Shown one piece after another: positions 53,601 to 63,284 of a stretch of 64,000 bases of DNA; positions within the stretch are counted from its first letter, which is position 1, and each line of letters begins with the position of its first letter. The stretch covers positions 1 through 64,000 of IMG/VR virus record IMGVR_UViG_3300037805_000644, one strand, 5' to 3'. A model generated the notes under the pieces. That model saw only the letters and a program-made list of their open reading frames with translations, had not been told where the DNA came from and searched no databases. Both the position numbers and the translations under genes were made by a program.

Positions 53601-56600
53601 TCGGGGTCCCCGTGATGAAGTGGAAGAGGGTGACCTCATTCCCGCTCGTCACGTTGTCCTGGGCGCCGCCGATGATGTTGAACACCGGGTTGGTGGCGTC
53701 CGCCTTGTCCGTGAACAGGTGGTTGATGCCAGACAGGAACGTGCCCTGACCTGCATCGATGTCCTGGTAGTTCGGGATGTCCTGACGACCGAATCGGGGC
53801 ATGTACTCCCGAGGAACGTCAAAGCCCATCTGCTTGCCGAGGTTGGCCGCAGGGGTCGAGGCAGCCGTCCAGAGGGAGAGCCCATCTTTCTGATCTGCGT
53901 TGGGGTACTGGTAATCCCCAATCAGGCTCGTGGTGTCCAGCTCCAGGAAGCTCAGGGCCTCCAAGGTGAGCTGGCGGTCTCGGAAGGGACGGAACACCAG
54001 GGTCTTGGACCCCTTGTCAATGAAAAGCTGGCTCTCACGGTCGATTTCGGTGAACCCGACCGTGGTCCCGCCGTAGCTCGGCGCAACTGGGGCGTGCCAA
54101 CCATAGCCCGGAATCCTGTTCCAGGTCTGGATGTGCTCTTGCTCAAAGAACGTCTCATCCGTGGGGACACCCGACACCGAGCTGAATGTGGTGTCGATGT
54201 CGGCACCATTCTGCTGGAGGTAAGTCCCGACAGACTGAGTCGTCGGACCACGAAGGGCGAAACGGGTGATGTCGTCAGGGACTCGGGCAGCGCCGCCACG
54301 TCCGGGATGGTAAAGCAGGCTCAAGCTCAGGACGGCCTTGGAGGTCACCCCCACCTTGCCGGCCTCAACCTCTCCGTCGAAGCTGTTGTCGTAAGCACCC
54401 TGAACCAGGTTGCCGTCCAACCACGGGTAATCCCCGTCACCTGAACGCTCACCCTTGAGGTCCGTCAGCACCACCACCAGGTCAGCGGTACGGCCAGCAT
54501 AATCACTGACATCGTCGCTGTTGTGGTGGGGTGAGCGCATCTCAGCGGTCACCAGGTTACCGGTCGCCACGAAACGGGTGCCTGCATCCCAGTCTGCGGA
54601 GACGGGCTGCACCACCACACTGGTGGCGTTGGTGGCATTGTTGTTGGTGTAGCCGACCGTACCCGCGCCAATGACCCGGAACAGGCCGTTGTTTTGAGTG
54701 CTGTCCTGATCACCGTACAGGACGATGTACACCTCGGAGCTGGAGCCCGTGGTGTCCTTGCCACCGCGAGTCAGCATCTCCCGGAGGGTTCGACTACCTC
54801 GAAGCATGGGGCGGCTCAGGTAGCCTGCCTCACCAACTGCTGCGGAGGTGTCTCCGTCCCAGACTCCGTGGGAGTCCTTGGAGTGGAACACCCCATCGGT
54901 GTCGAAATTGAAGCCCAGATCGATCTCTTGAGCGGCAGCGGCGGCGTTCACCAGTGCCGTATCCACATCCAGGGTCGCCTTGGCGTTGGCATCCAGGATG
55001 CCGCCGAGGGCCATGAAAGGCGTCTCAAAGCCGTGATTCCGCCAGGGGTACATCGGGCCCGGGTGTGCCACTTTCTCTGCCACAGACAGCTCTGTGGGCG
55101 GTGCAGCATGTGCTCGGGCACCAAGGAATCGAAGGCTCACCGGATGCTGGTTCCCACCCTCGGAGTCCACGACGGGGTAGCCGGTCTTCCACATCTCGGT
55201 GGGGGTGACGAACCGGACGGCCCGCTCGGAGCCGTCACGGAAGGTTTTACGGGCACCCTGGGTGCCGTCCTCGCCGCCGATGTAAATGTGGATGCAGGAG
55301 CCGTTGGTCCATGCCTTGTCAAACCCAGCGTTGGGGGTGGCGCCGACGTTCAAGAACCCAGTGGGCTTGAAATCGGGGCTCACATCCCAACGGACGTTGG
55401 TGTCGAACTGGTCGTTGGTGGTCAGGCCCACCCCACCATCAGTGAGGGTGGCATCATCGTCCAGGAGGAGAGTCACATCACTCTGGATCACCGCTGCATC
55501 CGACCACACGGTACGGATGCCGTCAGGGCCATCCAGGACCTCGGTGTGGTTTGGGTTCACGACGGAACCGTCTGCGTGCAGATAATCCACCTCGTGGACG
55601 CTCACACCCTCAGAGTCTCCGGCTCCACTCTTCTTCCACGCCGTCCGCAGCTCGCCCTTGGCGAGAGCGGCCACGTTGTGGGCCAGGAGGCGTTGGAAAT
55701 CCCAGTCGCCGGGGTTGATGCCTCGGCGAAGGTCCAGGATGTCGTTACGGTCCACCTGATCGGCGTACTTGCCATCCGGGCGGGAGTTGAAGAACTGAAT
55801 CGAGGCACCCGCAGGGTGGCCCACGGCGGCGGTTCCCCAGCGACCACGGCCACCGACGGCAAGGGTGATCGTCCCGCCCGCCACGTCAACGGCAGAAATC
55901 CCGAAGACCTCTTCGCCCACTCGGAGGAAAGTGCTCGCCAGGACCAGGCCAGAATCCTCCAGCCCCGACCCGTTGAGGTTCGTGATACTGATGGCCACAC
56001 CCTCTGAGTCATAGGGGAGGGGGTCGGTCAGACTGGCCTGGAGCAGAGCCTTGGAGCCCTCCAGGGGGTTCACCAGCAGCTTGCTGCCGGGCGTCCTCTC
56101 GAAGGCGCCGTTCTGGTTCGGGTTGCCCGAGCTGTTCACTGCGACATAGACGTTGCTGTTGCGTCGGAAAATGGCGCACAGGGGGATGGCGTAAGAGTAA
56201 CCATCCACGGTGCCCAGGTCACTGTTCGCATCGCCGTCACCGGCACGCCAGAGGCTGGGGTCACCCAGCTCCTCTCGCATGTTGGACCACTGGAGACCCG
56301 CCACAGGCGTCGAGTTGGCGCCCTGGCCCAGGACGTTGGGGTCATCCAGACCATCAGGGTACACATCGAGGGCGAGGCCCGCACCAAGCCCAACACCCTG
56401 CCCGAATACCCGAATCCGGTACTGGGTCTGCACACGAGCAGTCGTCTCGAACCCGGCCTCCGGGTCTTCGAGGTCATCGGAGATGTTGGTGCCGCCGAAC
56501 TTGGTGTTGCCGTACTTCCAGACAGAGCTGGAGCTGGGCTTGTTGATGGTGCTGGGGTTTGGGCGGACCAGTGTCTGCCACGCCTCCAAGAAGACGAAAT

Positions 56601-57018
56601 CCACCCGACCATCTGACTCAGGGGCGGGGTACAGCTTGATCCAGTTGGTGACCTCTTCGCCCTCAACAACATCTGTGCCGGCGACGGGGATGATCCACCC
56701 GTTGACATTGGCCCAGACTACAGGCGTTTGCTCGGGACCCTCATGCACACCTGTCGGGGTGCGGGGGGTGCCCAGCTTGAGGAGGTTCGCCCACTGAGGG
56801 TTGAACTCGAAATCGTCGTAAGCTCGGGTTGGATCAAGGAAAAACCCTGAGGGCATCACCGCACGAACAAGGCGCTGCATCCGATCCCATTCGATCTGGG
56901 ACATCAGGTTCAGTTCGCTGTCCAACGGCGGCTTATCTTGCTGCCAAACCACGCCATCGAACTGGCGCATCAGTGCGCTCAGGGTGCGGGATACGCCATT
57001 TCCGAAATCGTGGCTCAT
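50653..57018 (-). CDS. 2121-aa virion structural protein (baseplate/tail-like)
   Basis: N-terminal VVWQQDKPPLDSELN resembles DUF4815/DUF6519-type starts; G/T/D/N-rich. Confidence 0.7.
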   Translation of the reverse strand: MSHDFGNGVSRTLSALMRQFDGVVWQQDKPPLDSELNLMSQIEWDRMQRLVRAVMPSGFFLDPTRAYDDFEFNPQWANLLKLGTPRTPTGVHEGPEQTPVVWANVNGWIIPVAGTDVVEGEEVTNWIKLYPAPESDGRVDFVFLEAWQTLVRPNPSTINKPSSSSVWKYGNTKFGGTNISDDLEDPEAGFETTARVQTQYRIRVFGQGVGLGAGLALDVYPDGLDDPNVLGQGANSTPVAGLQWSNMREELGDPSLWRAGDGDANSDLGTVDGYSYAIPLCAIFRRNSNVYVAVNSSGNPNQNGAFERTPGSKLLVNPLEGSKALLQASLTDPLPYDSEGVAISITNLNGSGLEDSGLVLASTFLRVGEEVFGISAVDVAGGTITLAVGGRGRWGTAAVGHPAGASIQFFNSRPDGKYADQVDRNDILDLRRGINPGDWDFQRLLAHNVAALAKGELRTAWKKSGAGDSEGVSVHEVDYLHADGSVVNPNHTEVLDGPDGIRTVWSDAAVIQSDVTLLLDDDATLTDGGVGLTTNDQFDTNVRWDVSPDFKPTGFLNVGATPNAGFDKAWTNGSCIHIYIGGEDGTQGARKTFRDGSERAVRFVTPTEMWKTGYPVVDSEGGNQHPVSLRFLGARAHAAPPTELSVAEKVAHPGPMYPWRNHGFETPFMALGGILDANAKATLDVDTALVNAAAAAQEIDLGFNFDTDGVFHSKDSHGVWDGDTSAAVGEAGYLSRPMLRGSRTLREMLTRGGKDTTGSSSEVYIVLYGDQDSTQNNGLFRVIGAGTVGYTNNNATNATSVVVQPVSADWDAGTRFVATGNLVTAEMRSPHHNSDDVSDYAGRTADLVVVLTDLKGERSGDGDYPWLDGNLVQGAYDNSFDGEVEAGKVGVTSKAVLSLSLLYHPGRGGAARVPDDITRFALRGPTTQSVGTYLQQNGADIDTTFSSVSGVPTDETFFEQEHIQTWNRIPGYGWHAPVAPSYGGTTVGFTEIDRESQLFIDKGSKTLVFRPFRDRQLTLEALSFLELDTTSLIGDYQYPNADQKDGLSLWTAASTPAANLGKQMGFDVPREYMPRFGRQDIPNYQDIDAGQGTFLSGINHLFTDKADATNPVFNIIGGAQDNVTSGNEVTLFHFITGTPTCYGKGDTVGGAFLGLPNVEARKTTDIDPNASTFAQEIVDYLAQVNSSEFGRGLRGIQLPPYHGPARIMGVYEKDDFLGKGGRTFKANRYQIEDDPATNLLRGDAEKMSLFIMQNGAKDRTEADGDHTYILPEHTLDLTRIPTWATNDDFGDFEYVVVCTVFGFSRGFISENNLVLARKHNGQGVLRTDGMTEDNGDGDKPIHLEGVPMCIPCPAGSNDQFYIAHNRTVYQGDPFMSRHGENRTTSDYQFRYGQISTAGQNSLRTAIQQYDANGNFVPETINERAFQVLASLDFYTTLGTGKIGGELFPGTVLDVGHTENSPAAASRMPESASQPDWRVVARAFSEGQKENSSRARANYALEAPQYINAGIIDGVDLGGANEHWSMNFKLLDGEIVKLYGTLSANEAALQARPDVNAEDTFLIDETSGIVRGTVTANQAITAFTPENPFESFDFAAAGALPGDTVQVTPTDPAQWRSAAAEVVLSGFCTTKDVVRVQAVMTPSPGAFNPQDVGDGHMVRQFSLTFPSPIPGETAGAATTTVSWPGVGGALDEMVLATVDEPLTLGAHVKAEITGPDTIQVYFHNPSNVGYVLGAPITVTLAVLQDTDQSAWTLDPSLGNPSLSVSFSRNSISQEGTAENLALAILGHSKLQRSVRAYSLDKRVEIESVPTGAEGNGIYIWTDHEDATYSENSVGRFNSLFSNAGPVSTGGVLPPCVATYLMGGVDKPVNAGIGTSQLKLTGMTERLPLGALLQDSDFLSENPLGGNASAMRSSPANIQPIQSLLPLTGNGDEYTRFLGAPGELLGMSDGHTAIDGFAAYTTATPTGAKRFRIYRGGGSAFVLHGDVPGGPIDWVSDSLPFSSNPVLKGGVLVCRAMLVRNFYEEAFSGSPYKVSDGDEIQMVILTQGILGNGNTTEEGINLDGIISPTGYGEGYAAADRYRINGRPMFRGYSRRVPDPSEVALAVYDENARGGEGGQPGGCS

Positions 57019-57024
57019 AGCTGT

Positions 57025-57249
57025 TTATTCCTCTGAGAGCGGCACAGGGGCACATGCCAGGAACTCTGCCCTGTCATATACGCCTTCGGTCACAGTACCG
57101 TCCGGGTGTTGCTGCTTATACTTGCGGGTCTCAGTATCTGCGGAGATGATGAACCCGAGCTGCTGGTTGTCCTTGATCAAACGGACCTGCATGGGGGTGT
57201 AGGGGGGCAGGTCCTTTGTGAACAACATCTGGTCATGGGCCAATTTCAT
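57025..57249 (-). CDS. Small hypothetical protein
   Basis: AGGAG SD. Confidence 0.65.
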   Translation of the reverse strand: MKLAHDQMLFTKDLPPYTPMQVRLIKDNQQLGFIISADTETRKYKQQHPDGTVTEGVYDRAEFLACAPVPLSEE

Positions 57250-57257
57250 GGGGGCTC

Positions 57258-58103
57258 CTAGAACATCACAGCGAAGTGGGCTAGGTACAGCTTGTCCGAA
57301 CCATCGTTGCGGAAAGCCACCTGGATGTCAGTGGTTTTCTGGCAGAAACCGACAGGCTCCAGCAACCCCACGGCGCACCAGTTGGCGCCCCCATCCACGG
57401 AGACGTAAGCCCGGAAATCCGGGTCTTCCTGATCGATCTCGTACACCTTCTTGACAGCAGGTGTGTTGGTCCCGGCCAAGGCGCCGTAGTCGGCGGCCAC
57501 ATCGGCGCTGGTGTCGAAACGGTAAATCTTCCAGTACAGCATGAACTGATCGGCACCCACCTCATTGCTGTTGCAATCGAGGGTGTAAGGGCCAATATCA
57601 ATGCTCTCGCCAATGAACAACCCAGGCCGGTTCGGGGTGACCCGGGTGTTGGCGGGGAGCAGGGCCGTCATGTTGGGCGCCTGCCCCGGATCAGGGTTAC
57701 CCGAAGCCCGGCCCGTCTGGAAACGAGGGCCCATCTGTTGAGCAGGGGTCACCGTCCGGTCCACAAACGCTTGGTTCGCGGGGTCGGTGACCACTTCCAC
57801 CAGGTGCTCTGCCGTGAGCAGAGGGTTGAAGTAAATGTTTCCGTACTGGGGGAAAGAGGCCAGGAGATGGGCGAACCCAATACTGGCCACATCTCCGCCA
57901 TCTACATCCCCTGCATTGAGGACATAGCTCAGCTCATCCACATGGAAATCTCGGCCCAGGGGGACCGGGATTAGGTATTTACCATTGAGGGCAGTGCCCG
58001 CATCGGGGTCCCCCGCAGTCTCAATGTTCTCGGGGACCTTCTCGACCTGGATGATCTGAGGATCACCCGAAAGGTGGGAGGTCAGGTCTACGTGGATCCT
58101 CAT
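57258..58103 (-). CDS. Putative structural protein
   Basis: Lies between large virion genes; YVSVDGGANW motif. Confidence 0.65.
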   Translation of the reverse strand: MRIHVDLTSHLSGDPQIIQVEKVPENIETAGDPDAGTALNGKYLIPVPLGRDFHVDELSYVLNAGDVDGGDVASIGFAHLLASFPQYGNIYFNPLLTAEHLVEVVTDPANQAFVDRTVTPAQQMGPRFQTGRASGNPDPGQAPNMTALLPANTRVTPNRPGLFIGESIDIGPYTLDCNSNEVGADQFMLYWKIYRFDTSADVAADYGALAGTNTPAVKKVYEIDQEDPDFRAYVSVDGGANWCAVGLLEPVGFCQKTTDIQVAFRNDGSDKLYLAHFAVMF

Positions 58104-58116
58104 CTACATCTCTCCC

Positions 58117-61100
58117 TTACACGTTGCCCTGTTTCGGGCCATCACCACTGGCAGCCACGGGCGTGGCGGCGGAGTACCACTCGGTACCGATACTCAAGCC
58201 CGACGTGTCCAGCCGGTTGCCCAGAGCCACCCCAGCGGCGACATCCGGGTCAACACCCCCGCCACCTGTGGTATCCACAGTGTCGGTCACGGTGTTGCCG
58301 ATGATAACATACCCCGCAGCATCGTTTAGCAACTGAGCGGTGATGGTGTTACCCATGATAGTCGGGGCTGCCCCCGTATTGCTGAGGTTGACGGCCCGAT
58401 TACCCATGAAGGTCGGAGAACCACCAATCGTGTGAGTGATGTTCCCCGCAACATGGTTGCCTCGGGCAGTAAGCCGGACACCCTGGGTGGTGATGTCGGA
58501 GCCAACCCGGTTGGAATCAAGGATGTTGTCGGCCCCTGCACAAATGATGTCGCCGACAACACGGTTACCCTGCACGACTTCATCCGCACCTGCCAGGTTG
58601 ATATCCACCTGGATCAGGTTGTTGGCGATCAGGTTACCTCCGGTCACCGTCAAATCGATAGCAGCCGCCTGGTTCCCGACAATCTGATGCAAGTTGCCGG
58701 CACCATCAACCCGACCTCGGAACTGGTTCCCCTCCACTCGGACCTGCACCTTGTTGCCTAGGTCAAGGCTGATGCCCAGGGTGTCTCCAGTGGTGTCTCC
58801 AAGAACGATGTTGCCAATCACGCTGCAACGGGCACCTGCCGCGATCAAGGTGGTGTCCGTGCCGTTACTCAAGGTGTTGTGGGAGATCAGGTTATCCTGT
58901 CCCATGGCAGAGATGCCGGAGGTACCCTCAACGAAGTTCCCCGTGATGCGGCAGTTATCTGAGCCCCCACTGAGGGCAATATCCCCGCTGAGGGTGTTGC
59001 CCTCAATGGAAACGCCGAGACCTGCAACGCTGACATCTACACCGAGGTTGCCCGCAAAAACCACACCATCCCCCAGGGTGGCGGTGCCGGTGAGGATGTT
59101 CCCTCGGATGGTGGTATCTGCACCGAACCCTGATGCCCCAAAAGCAGTAGCCACGATGTTGTCAGTCACCTGGGATCGGGACCCCCAGACCATGTCGTCA
59201 GCTAGCACGTTCTCGCTGTAAATACAGAGAGTAGATGCGGCAGCGTCGATGGCCCGGTCCCCCACACCCGAGGCAGCAAGGGTGATGCGGTTTCCCCGGA
59301 GGATGTGGCCGCTTGTGGCGTCCAGGATGGCCAGACCAACCTTGTGGGCGAAATAAGTCCCCCCTGCCACACTCTGGTGAATCCCCGTGAGGGTGTTGTC
59401 CACCACCGAGATGTTCTCGGCCGTGTTGTGGAGCTGGATCCCCATGAAAGCGGTGTCCGTGATTCGGTTACCCCGAACCTGGTCACCATCGCCTTCGAGA
59501 GAGATGCCGATATGGCCACCCTCCAAGACGTTATTGAGGATCCGGTTATGCCCAGAGAAGCCGCCATTTGACGCACCCCAGATGATCGCGGAGCCCACGA
59601 CAGACTGAGGGACGGCCCCCACCTCAAACAAGTTCTGTTCAATGGTGTTTTGCAGGAAATACGCCAGGACCGAGGAGACGCGAACAGCGAAGTCCGTGGC
59701 CTTGATCCAGCAATTACGGATGGTCGTGTTCTGGATGCCGCCGGTGGTGGCCGAGTAAATGAACCCATGGACCACGTTGGTGTCGTTGATGCCGAGTACG
59801 CTGATACCGTCGAGGGTCCAGTCGCTCATCGTGGAGCCCGCAGCAAGATTGAACACAATGCGCTCAGTGGGGTTAACACTGCCACCCAGGGCACCATCGT
59901 CATAGACGAAGGTCAGGTTGCGGAACTCGTACCGGGCTCCAGTGTCGCTGTCCACCTCAAACAAGGCAGCATTGGTAGTGGTGCCCCAGTTGACAGCGTG
60001 CGTGTGCGGTGCCGTCAAGTCCGTGCGGCGATTAGCGCCCTCAATGATAAGGCCGTCAATCGCAGGCAACGTCATCGGCAGAGACGCTGCGGGTTCAGAG
60101 GTGCCCCCGACAACCTGGATGCGGTGCTGTACACCATTTGCAGAACCGATTGCCCCGCTCTTAGCAAGCTGGTCGACGTAAGCAATGGCCTCCGTCAGGG
60201 TCCCGAAATGCGTCGAGAGTGGCTGGGGGTGTCCCGTGGGGTCTGAGCCCACCGTGATGTCCAGCCGCTTGTCAATGTCTTTCAAGGGACGCCGGAGGTC
60301 CTGGACCCCCGTGATGACCCCGCCGCCGTCAACCTGAACCCGAGCCAACAGGATGTCGTCAGCGTTGGGCAGGGGAAGCGTTGTGGAAGCCCAGGGGTGC
60401 ATCCCACACAGGTCCACATCACTGCGGAGGTAAACGTACGTGTCTGCCCCGTTCGGCAGGATTGCCGCAGCAGAGGAGCCCCAGGCAATCTTCCCCGACT
60501 CAATCCGTCGGCCCTTCATGATGAAGGCACCCGAGGCGATGTCCACCTCGTTGGGGTTGCCGTTAGCCGCCACCTCCAGCCCATCCAGCGCCCAGGACGA
60601 GAACAGGTCCTCAAAGAGAGCGGTGTGCTCATCTACCTGGGGGTCCTTGGTGTGGATGCTGACCGAACCATCCGACTGACGGCTGACGGTCGCCCCCTCA
60701 AACCGGAGGACAGAGGCACGGGCAGCGTAGCCCATGGTCGTGTCCTGGCGGTAATCCGTCCCCTGGTTACCCAGGTAGCTCGGAGAGGTCTCGATGTCCT
60801 TACGCCAGACAGCAGTTACCGGGTTGGTCCCATCCATCACGAAGTTGCCGGCGCCAATCTGCCCACTGCCGGAGAGGTTGTCCAGCACCAGGTAAGTCTG
60901 GCCCCCCGTGGTGAAGGTGGTCACACCCTCATAACGGAAAGTGGAAACCTCGTTACCGTCATCATCCATGAAGAGGGGTTCGCCAGCACAGCCCGTGCCC
61001 TGTACCAGGGTCACCCAGCCCGACTGGGGGATGTCCCAGGCGTCCATCCCCTCGGAACCAAGGATCAACTCAAACCTATCGACATCGACGGCGTTGACCG

Positions 61101-63228
61101 AACCCTCCGCCGTCAGTGTCTGAGGGTGGTACAGGGGGTGGAAGACTCGCTCCCCATACACATCAGCCAGGCCCTCTCCCAGGGTGCAACCAGCCTCCTT
61201 GGTGCCGTCGTTCGCGGCAACACGGGGGTTACCTCCAAGCTGACCCGGCTCCCTTGAGAAAGGAACAAAAGAGGCGAAAAAGAAAGGCTCGCCTCGGGCG
61301 TTGTCCGCCTCGACGGTGTCCACCCCAGTGGGGAATAGGCCACCATCCACACCCACCTTGGCGGGATGCGAGAGGTAAACGAGACCCGCCGAGTAATCAA
61401 TACGGATCCACTGATCTTCCGCCGGGAGGGTGGGGTCGATCAGGATCTCCCCTCGGGTCTCGATGGGGTTGCTGAAATCGGCACTCCAGAACGTGTCGAT
61501 CCCGTACTTGGTCGCAGGGTAAAACACCGGACGGAAACCCAGGTCCAGCAAAGAGCCCGGGTTGGCGTTGGTGCCGGCTGCACCGGAGCTAGAGGTGCTG
61601 GTGTCAAAGGCGGCCTTGTCAGCACGAGCCAGGTTGATCCCTACCTTTTGGCTGCCTGCGGTCTTCGCGGACATCCCTGCCCAGGCAGGATCAATGATGT
61701 TCTTGAACCGGGCGATCTCCAGGATCTCAGGGCTCAGGTGGTTACGCTCCCACAGAGAGGGGATCTGCTCATGGAGAGAGCACTCCACGTAAGCCCGCTC
61801 TTGCTGGGTGTTGATCGAGGCCACGATGCCAAAGGCATGATCGTCAGCCTGGGGCCACCAAACATAACCATTGCCCATCTCCCAGCTCGGGTGAGCCTGG
61901 ATGCTCCAGGTCTCTGAGCCCGGAGTGAGGTCCACAGCATAAACCTCAAAGTACCCGAGGATTCGATCTGACCCGGGGTCCTCCTGGGCGGTTCCGATGC
62001 CCAGGGCATCCCACTGAGTCACACCCGAGGTGCAATCCAGTTCCCTGATGCGGAGCATCAGGCCAACATCGTTGGCGGCGGGCAGCCGCTCACCTGGCGT
62101 GGCGTGGACCACCCATTTCCCCAGGTCTGAGACGACGAGGACATGGTGTGGTCCTGGAAGCTCTGCACGGAAATGATCCGTGGAATACGGGATGGGGGTT
62201 GGAGGTGCGTACTGGTACAGGAGCGGGTCGCCTGCATTCTCGCTGAAAGCATAGCCGGGATGCAGGCGAGCACCAAGGGGGTACTCCTCAGCCATCGGCC
62301 AGAAATCACCCGTCAGGGCGGCTTTCGGGGGGAGGAAAGCGAACACCTTGTCGCCGGAGCCGGGCACGGGGGCCAGGCGGGCAGCCGCTGGCTTGATCAG
62401 GGCAACCGCACGGATGACAGGGTTGGCACCGAAAGTGTAATAATCCGACAGCCGCTTCCCAGAGTCCAGGATCAGCGTATCGCCAGCGATATCCACCACC
62501 CTGAAAATCTCGTACTTGGAGTTGCCGTCCTTGGGTGTGCCCGCATTGCGGGTGATCAGGTTGTCCTGACCCAAGGTGCCGTCACCTACCCCACCCCCCA
62601 CAATCAGGGGGGTCTGTGTAACCAACTCACCCTCGGAGCCAGAGTCGAGAACATACAGATACAACCCCTCATTGGGGATAGCGGTGATCCCGTAAATGTC
62701 TCCCACGGTGATGTAAGTCGGGGCCACGACCGTGTTGAAGGTTGAGTTGAAGGCCACCGTATCGATGGTCAGGGTGTCCTCGGAGGCACCGACGGTCACC
62801 GACCATTGGTGATCCATGTTGGATTTGGTGGCCGTGTTGGTGCCTTTGAGTGTCGGGCCGACGAACTCAAAAGAGATGGGGTGGCCCAGCAAGGACGGGC
62901 CATTGCGCCCACTCATCAGGGTGTGCTGATCGTAAGGCCGGAAGTTGATCTCCGGCCAACCATCATGCCCAAGCCGGTTGCGCTTGACCTGCACTGCGGG
63001 TGCAGCACCCGAGGCGACACTGCCGCCCGTAGATGCCGATTCCTCCAGAGCCCACTGGCCTGCCCAGGAACCCGCGAAACCTTTAAGGATCTCAGGGGCC
63101 TGGCTGGACTTGCCGGCGGGGACGGTCTGATAACGAGCAAAGGGCTCCTGCCACACCATCCGGTCATCGGAGGTGGCAGCGACCGCTGCATTGGCCTTGG
63201 CCAGCTTGTTCTTGGGGTCGATTGCCAT
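58117..63228 (-). CDS. 1703-aa tail spike/fibre-like protein with C-terminal right-handed beta-helix
   Basis: Many IxGN/VxDN repeats over the last ~600 aa; QDLR and FGTLTEAI precede the helix. Confidence 0.75.
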   Translation of the reverse strand: MAIDPKNKLAKANAAVAATSDDRMVWQEPFARYQTVPAGKSSQAPEILKGFAGSWAGQWALEESASTGGSVASGAAPAVQVKRNRLGHDGWPEINFRPYDQHTLMSGRNGPSLLGHPISFEFVGPTLKGTNTATKSNMDHQWSVTVGASEDTLTIDTVAFNSTFNTVVAPTYITVGDIYGITAIPNEGLYLYVLDSGSEGELVTQTPLIVGGGVGDGTLGQDNLITRNAGTPKDGNSKYEIFRVVDIAGDTLILDSGKRLSDYYTFGANPVIRAVALIKPAAARLAPVPGSGDKVFAFLPPKAALTGDFWPMAEEYPLGARLHPGYAFSENAGDPLLYQYAPPTPIPYSTDHFRAELPGPHHVLVVSDLGKWVVHATPGERLPAANDVGLMLRIRELDCTSGVTQWDALGIGTAQEDPGSDRILGYFEVYAVDLTPGSETWSIQAHPSWEMGNGYVWWPQADDHAFGIVASINTQQERAYVECSLHEQIPSLWERNHLSPEILEIARFKNIIDPAWAGMSAKTAGSQKVGINLARADKAAFDTSTSSSGAAGTNANPGSLLDLGFRPVFYPATKYGIDTFWSADFSNPIETRGEILIDPTLPAEDQWIRIDYSAGLVYLSHPAKVGVDGGLFPTGVDTVEADNARGEPFFFASFVPFSREPGQLGGNPRVAANDGTKEAGCTLGEGLADVYGERVFHPLYHPQTLTAEGSVNAVDVDRFELILGSEGMDAWDIPQSGWVTLVQGTGCAGEPLFMDDDGNEVSTFRYEGVTTFTTGGQTYLVLDNLSGSGQIGAGNFVMDGTNPVTAVWRKDIETSPSYLGNQGTDYRQDTTMGYAARASVLRFEGATVSRQSDGSVSIHTKDPQVDEHTALFEDLFSSWALDGLEVAANGNPNEVDIASGAFIMKGRRIESGKIAWGSSAAAILPNGADTYVYLRSDVDLCGMHPWASTTLPLPNADDILLARVQVDGGGVITGVQDLRRPLKDIDKRLDITVGSDPTGHPQPLSTHFGTLTEAIAYVDQLAKSGAIGSANGVQHRIQVVGGTSEPAASLPMTLPAIDGLIIEGANRRTDLTAPHTHAVNWGTTTNAALFEVDSDTGARYEFRNLTFVYDDGALGGSVNPTERIVFNLAAGSTMSDWTLDGISVLGINDTNVVHGFIYSATTGGIQNTTIRNCWIKATDFAVRVSSVLAYFLQNTIEQNLFEVGAVPQSVVGSAIIWGASNGGFSGHNRILNNVLEGGHIGISLEGDGDQVRGNRITDTAFMGIQLHNTAENISVVDNTLTGIHQSVAGGTYFAHKVGLAILDATSGHILRGNRITLAASGVGDRAIDAAASTLCIYSENVLADDMVWGSRSQVTDNIVATAFGASGFGADTTIRGNILTGTATLGDGVVFAGNLGVDVSVAGLGVSIEGNTLSGDIALSGGSDNCRITGNFVEGTSGISAMGQDNLISHNTLSNGTDTTLIAAGARCSVIGNIVLGDTTGDTLGISLDLGNKVQVRVEGNQFRGRVDGAGNLHQIVGNQAAAIDLTVTGGNLIANNLIQVDINLAGADEVVQGNRVVGDIICAGADNILDSNRVGSDITTQGVRLTARGNHVAGNITHTIGGSPTFMGNRAVNLSNTGAAPTIMGNTITAQLLNDAAGYVIIGNTVTDTVDTTGGGGVDPDVAAGVALGNRLDTSGLSIGTEWYSAATPVAASGDGPKQGNV

Positions 63229-63284
63229 GTCTCAGTTCTCTCCGTGCCTCTTCACCGTCAGCACTATAGCCAGCTCACCGGCCC

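Noticed and set aside
51661-54444. 927-aa plus-strand ORF (also 17142..18938, 54694..56007, 31189..32310 and similar)
   Set aside because: Antisense shadows of well-supported minus-strand genes in GC-rich DNA; no motifs
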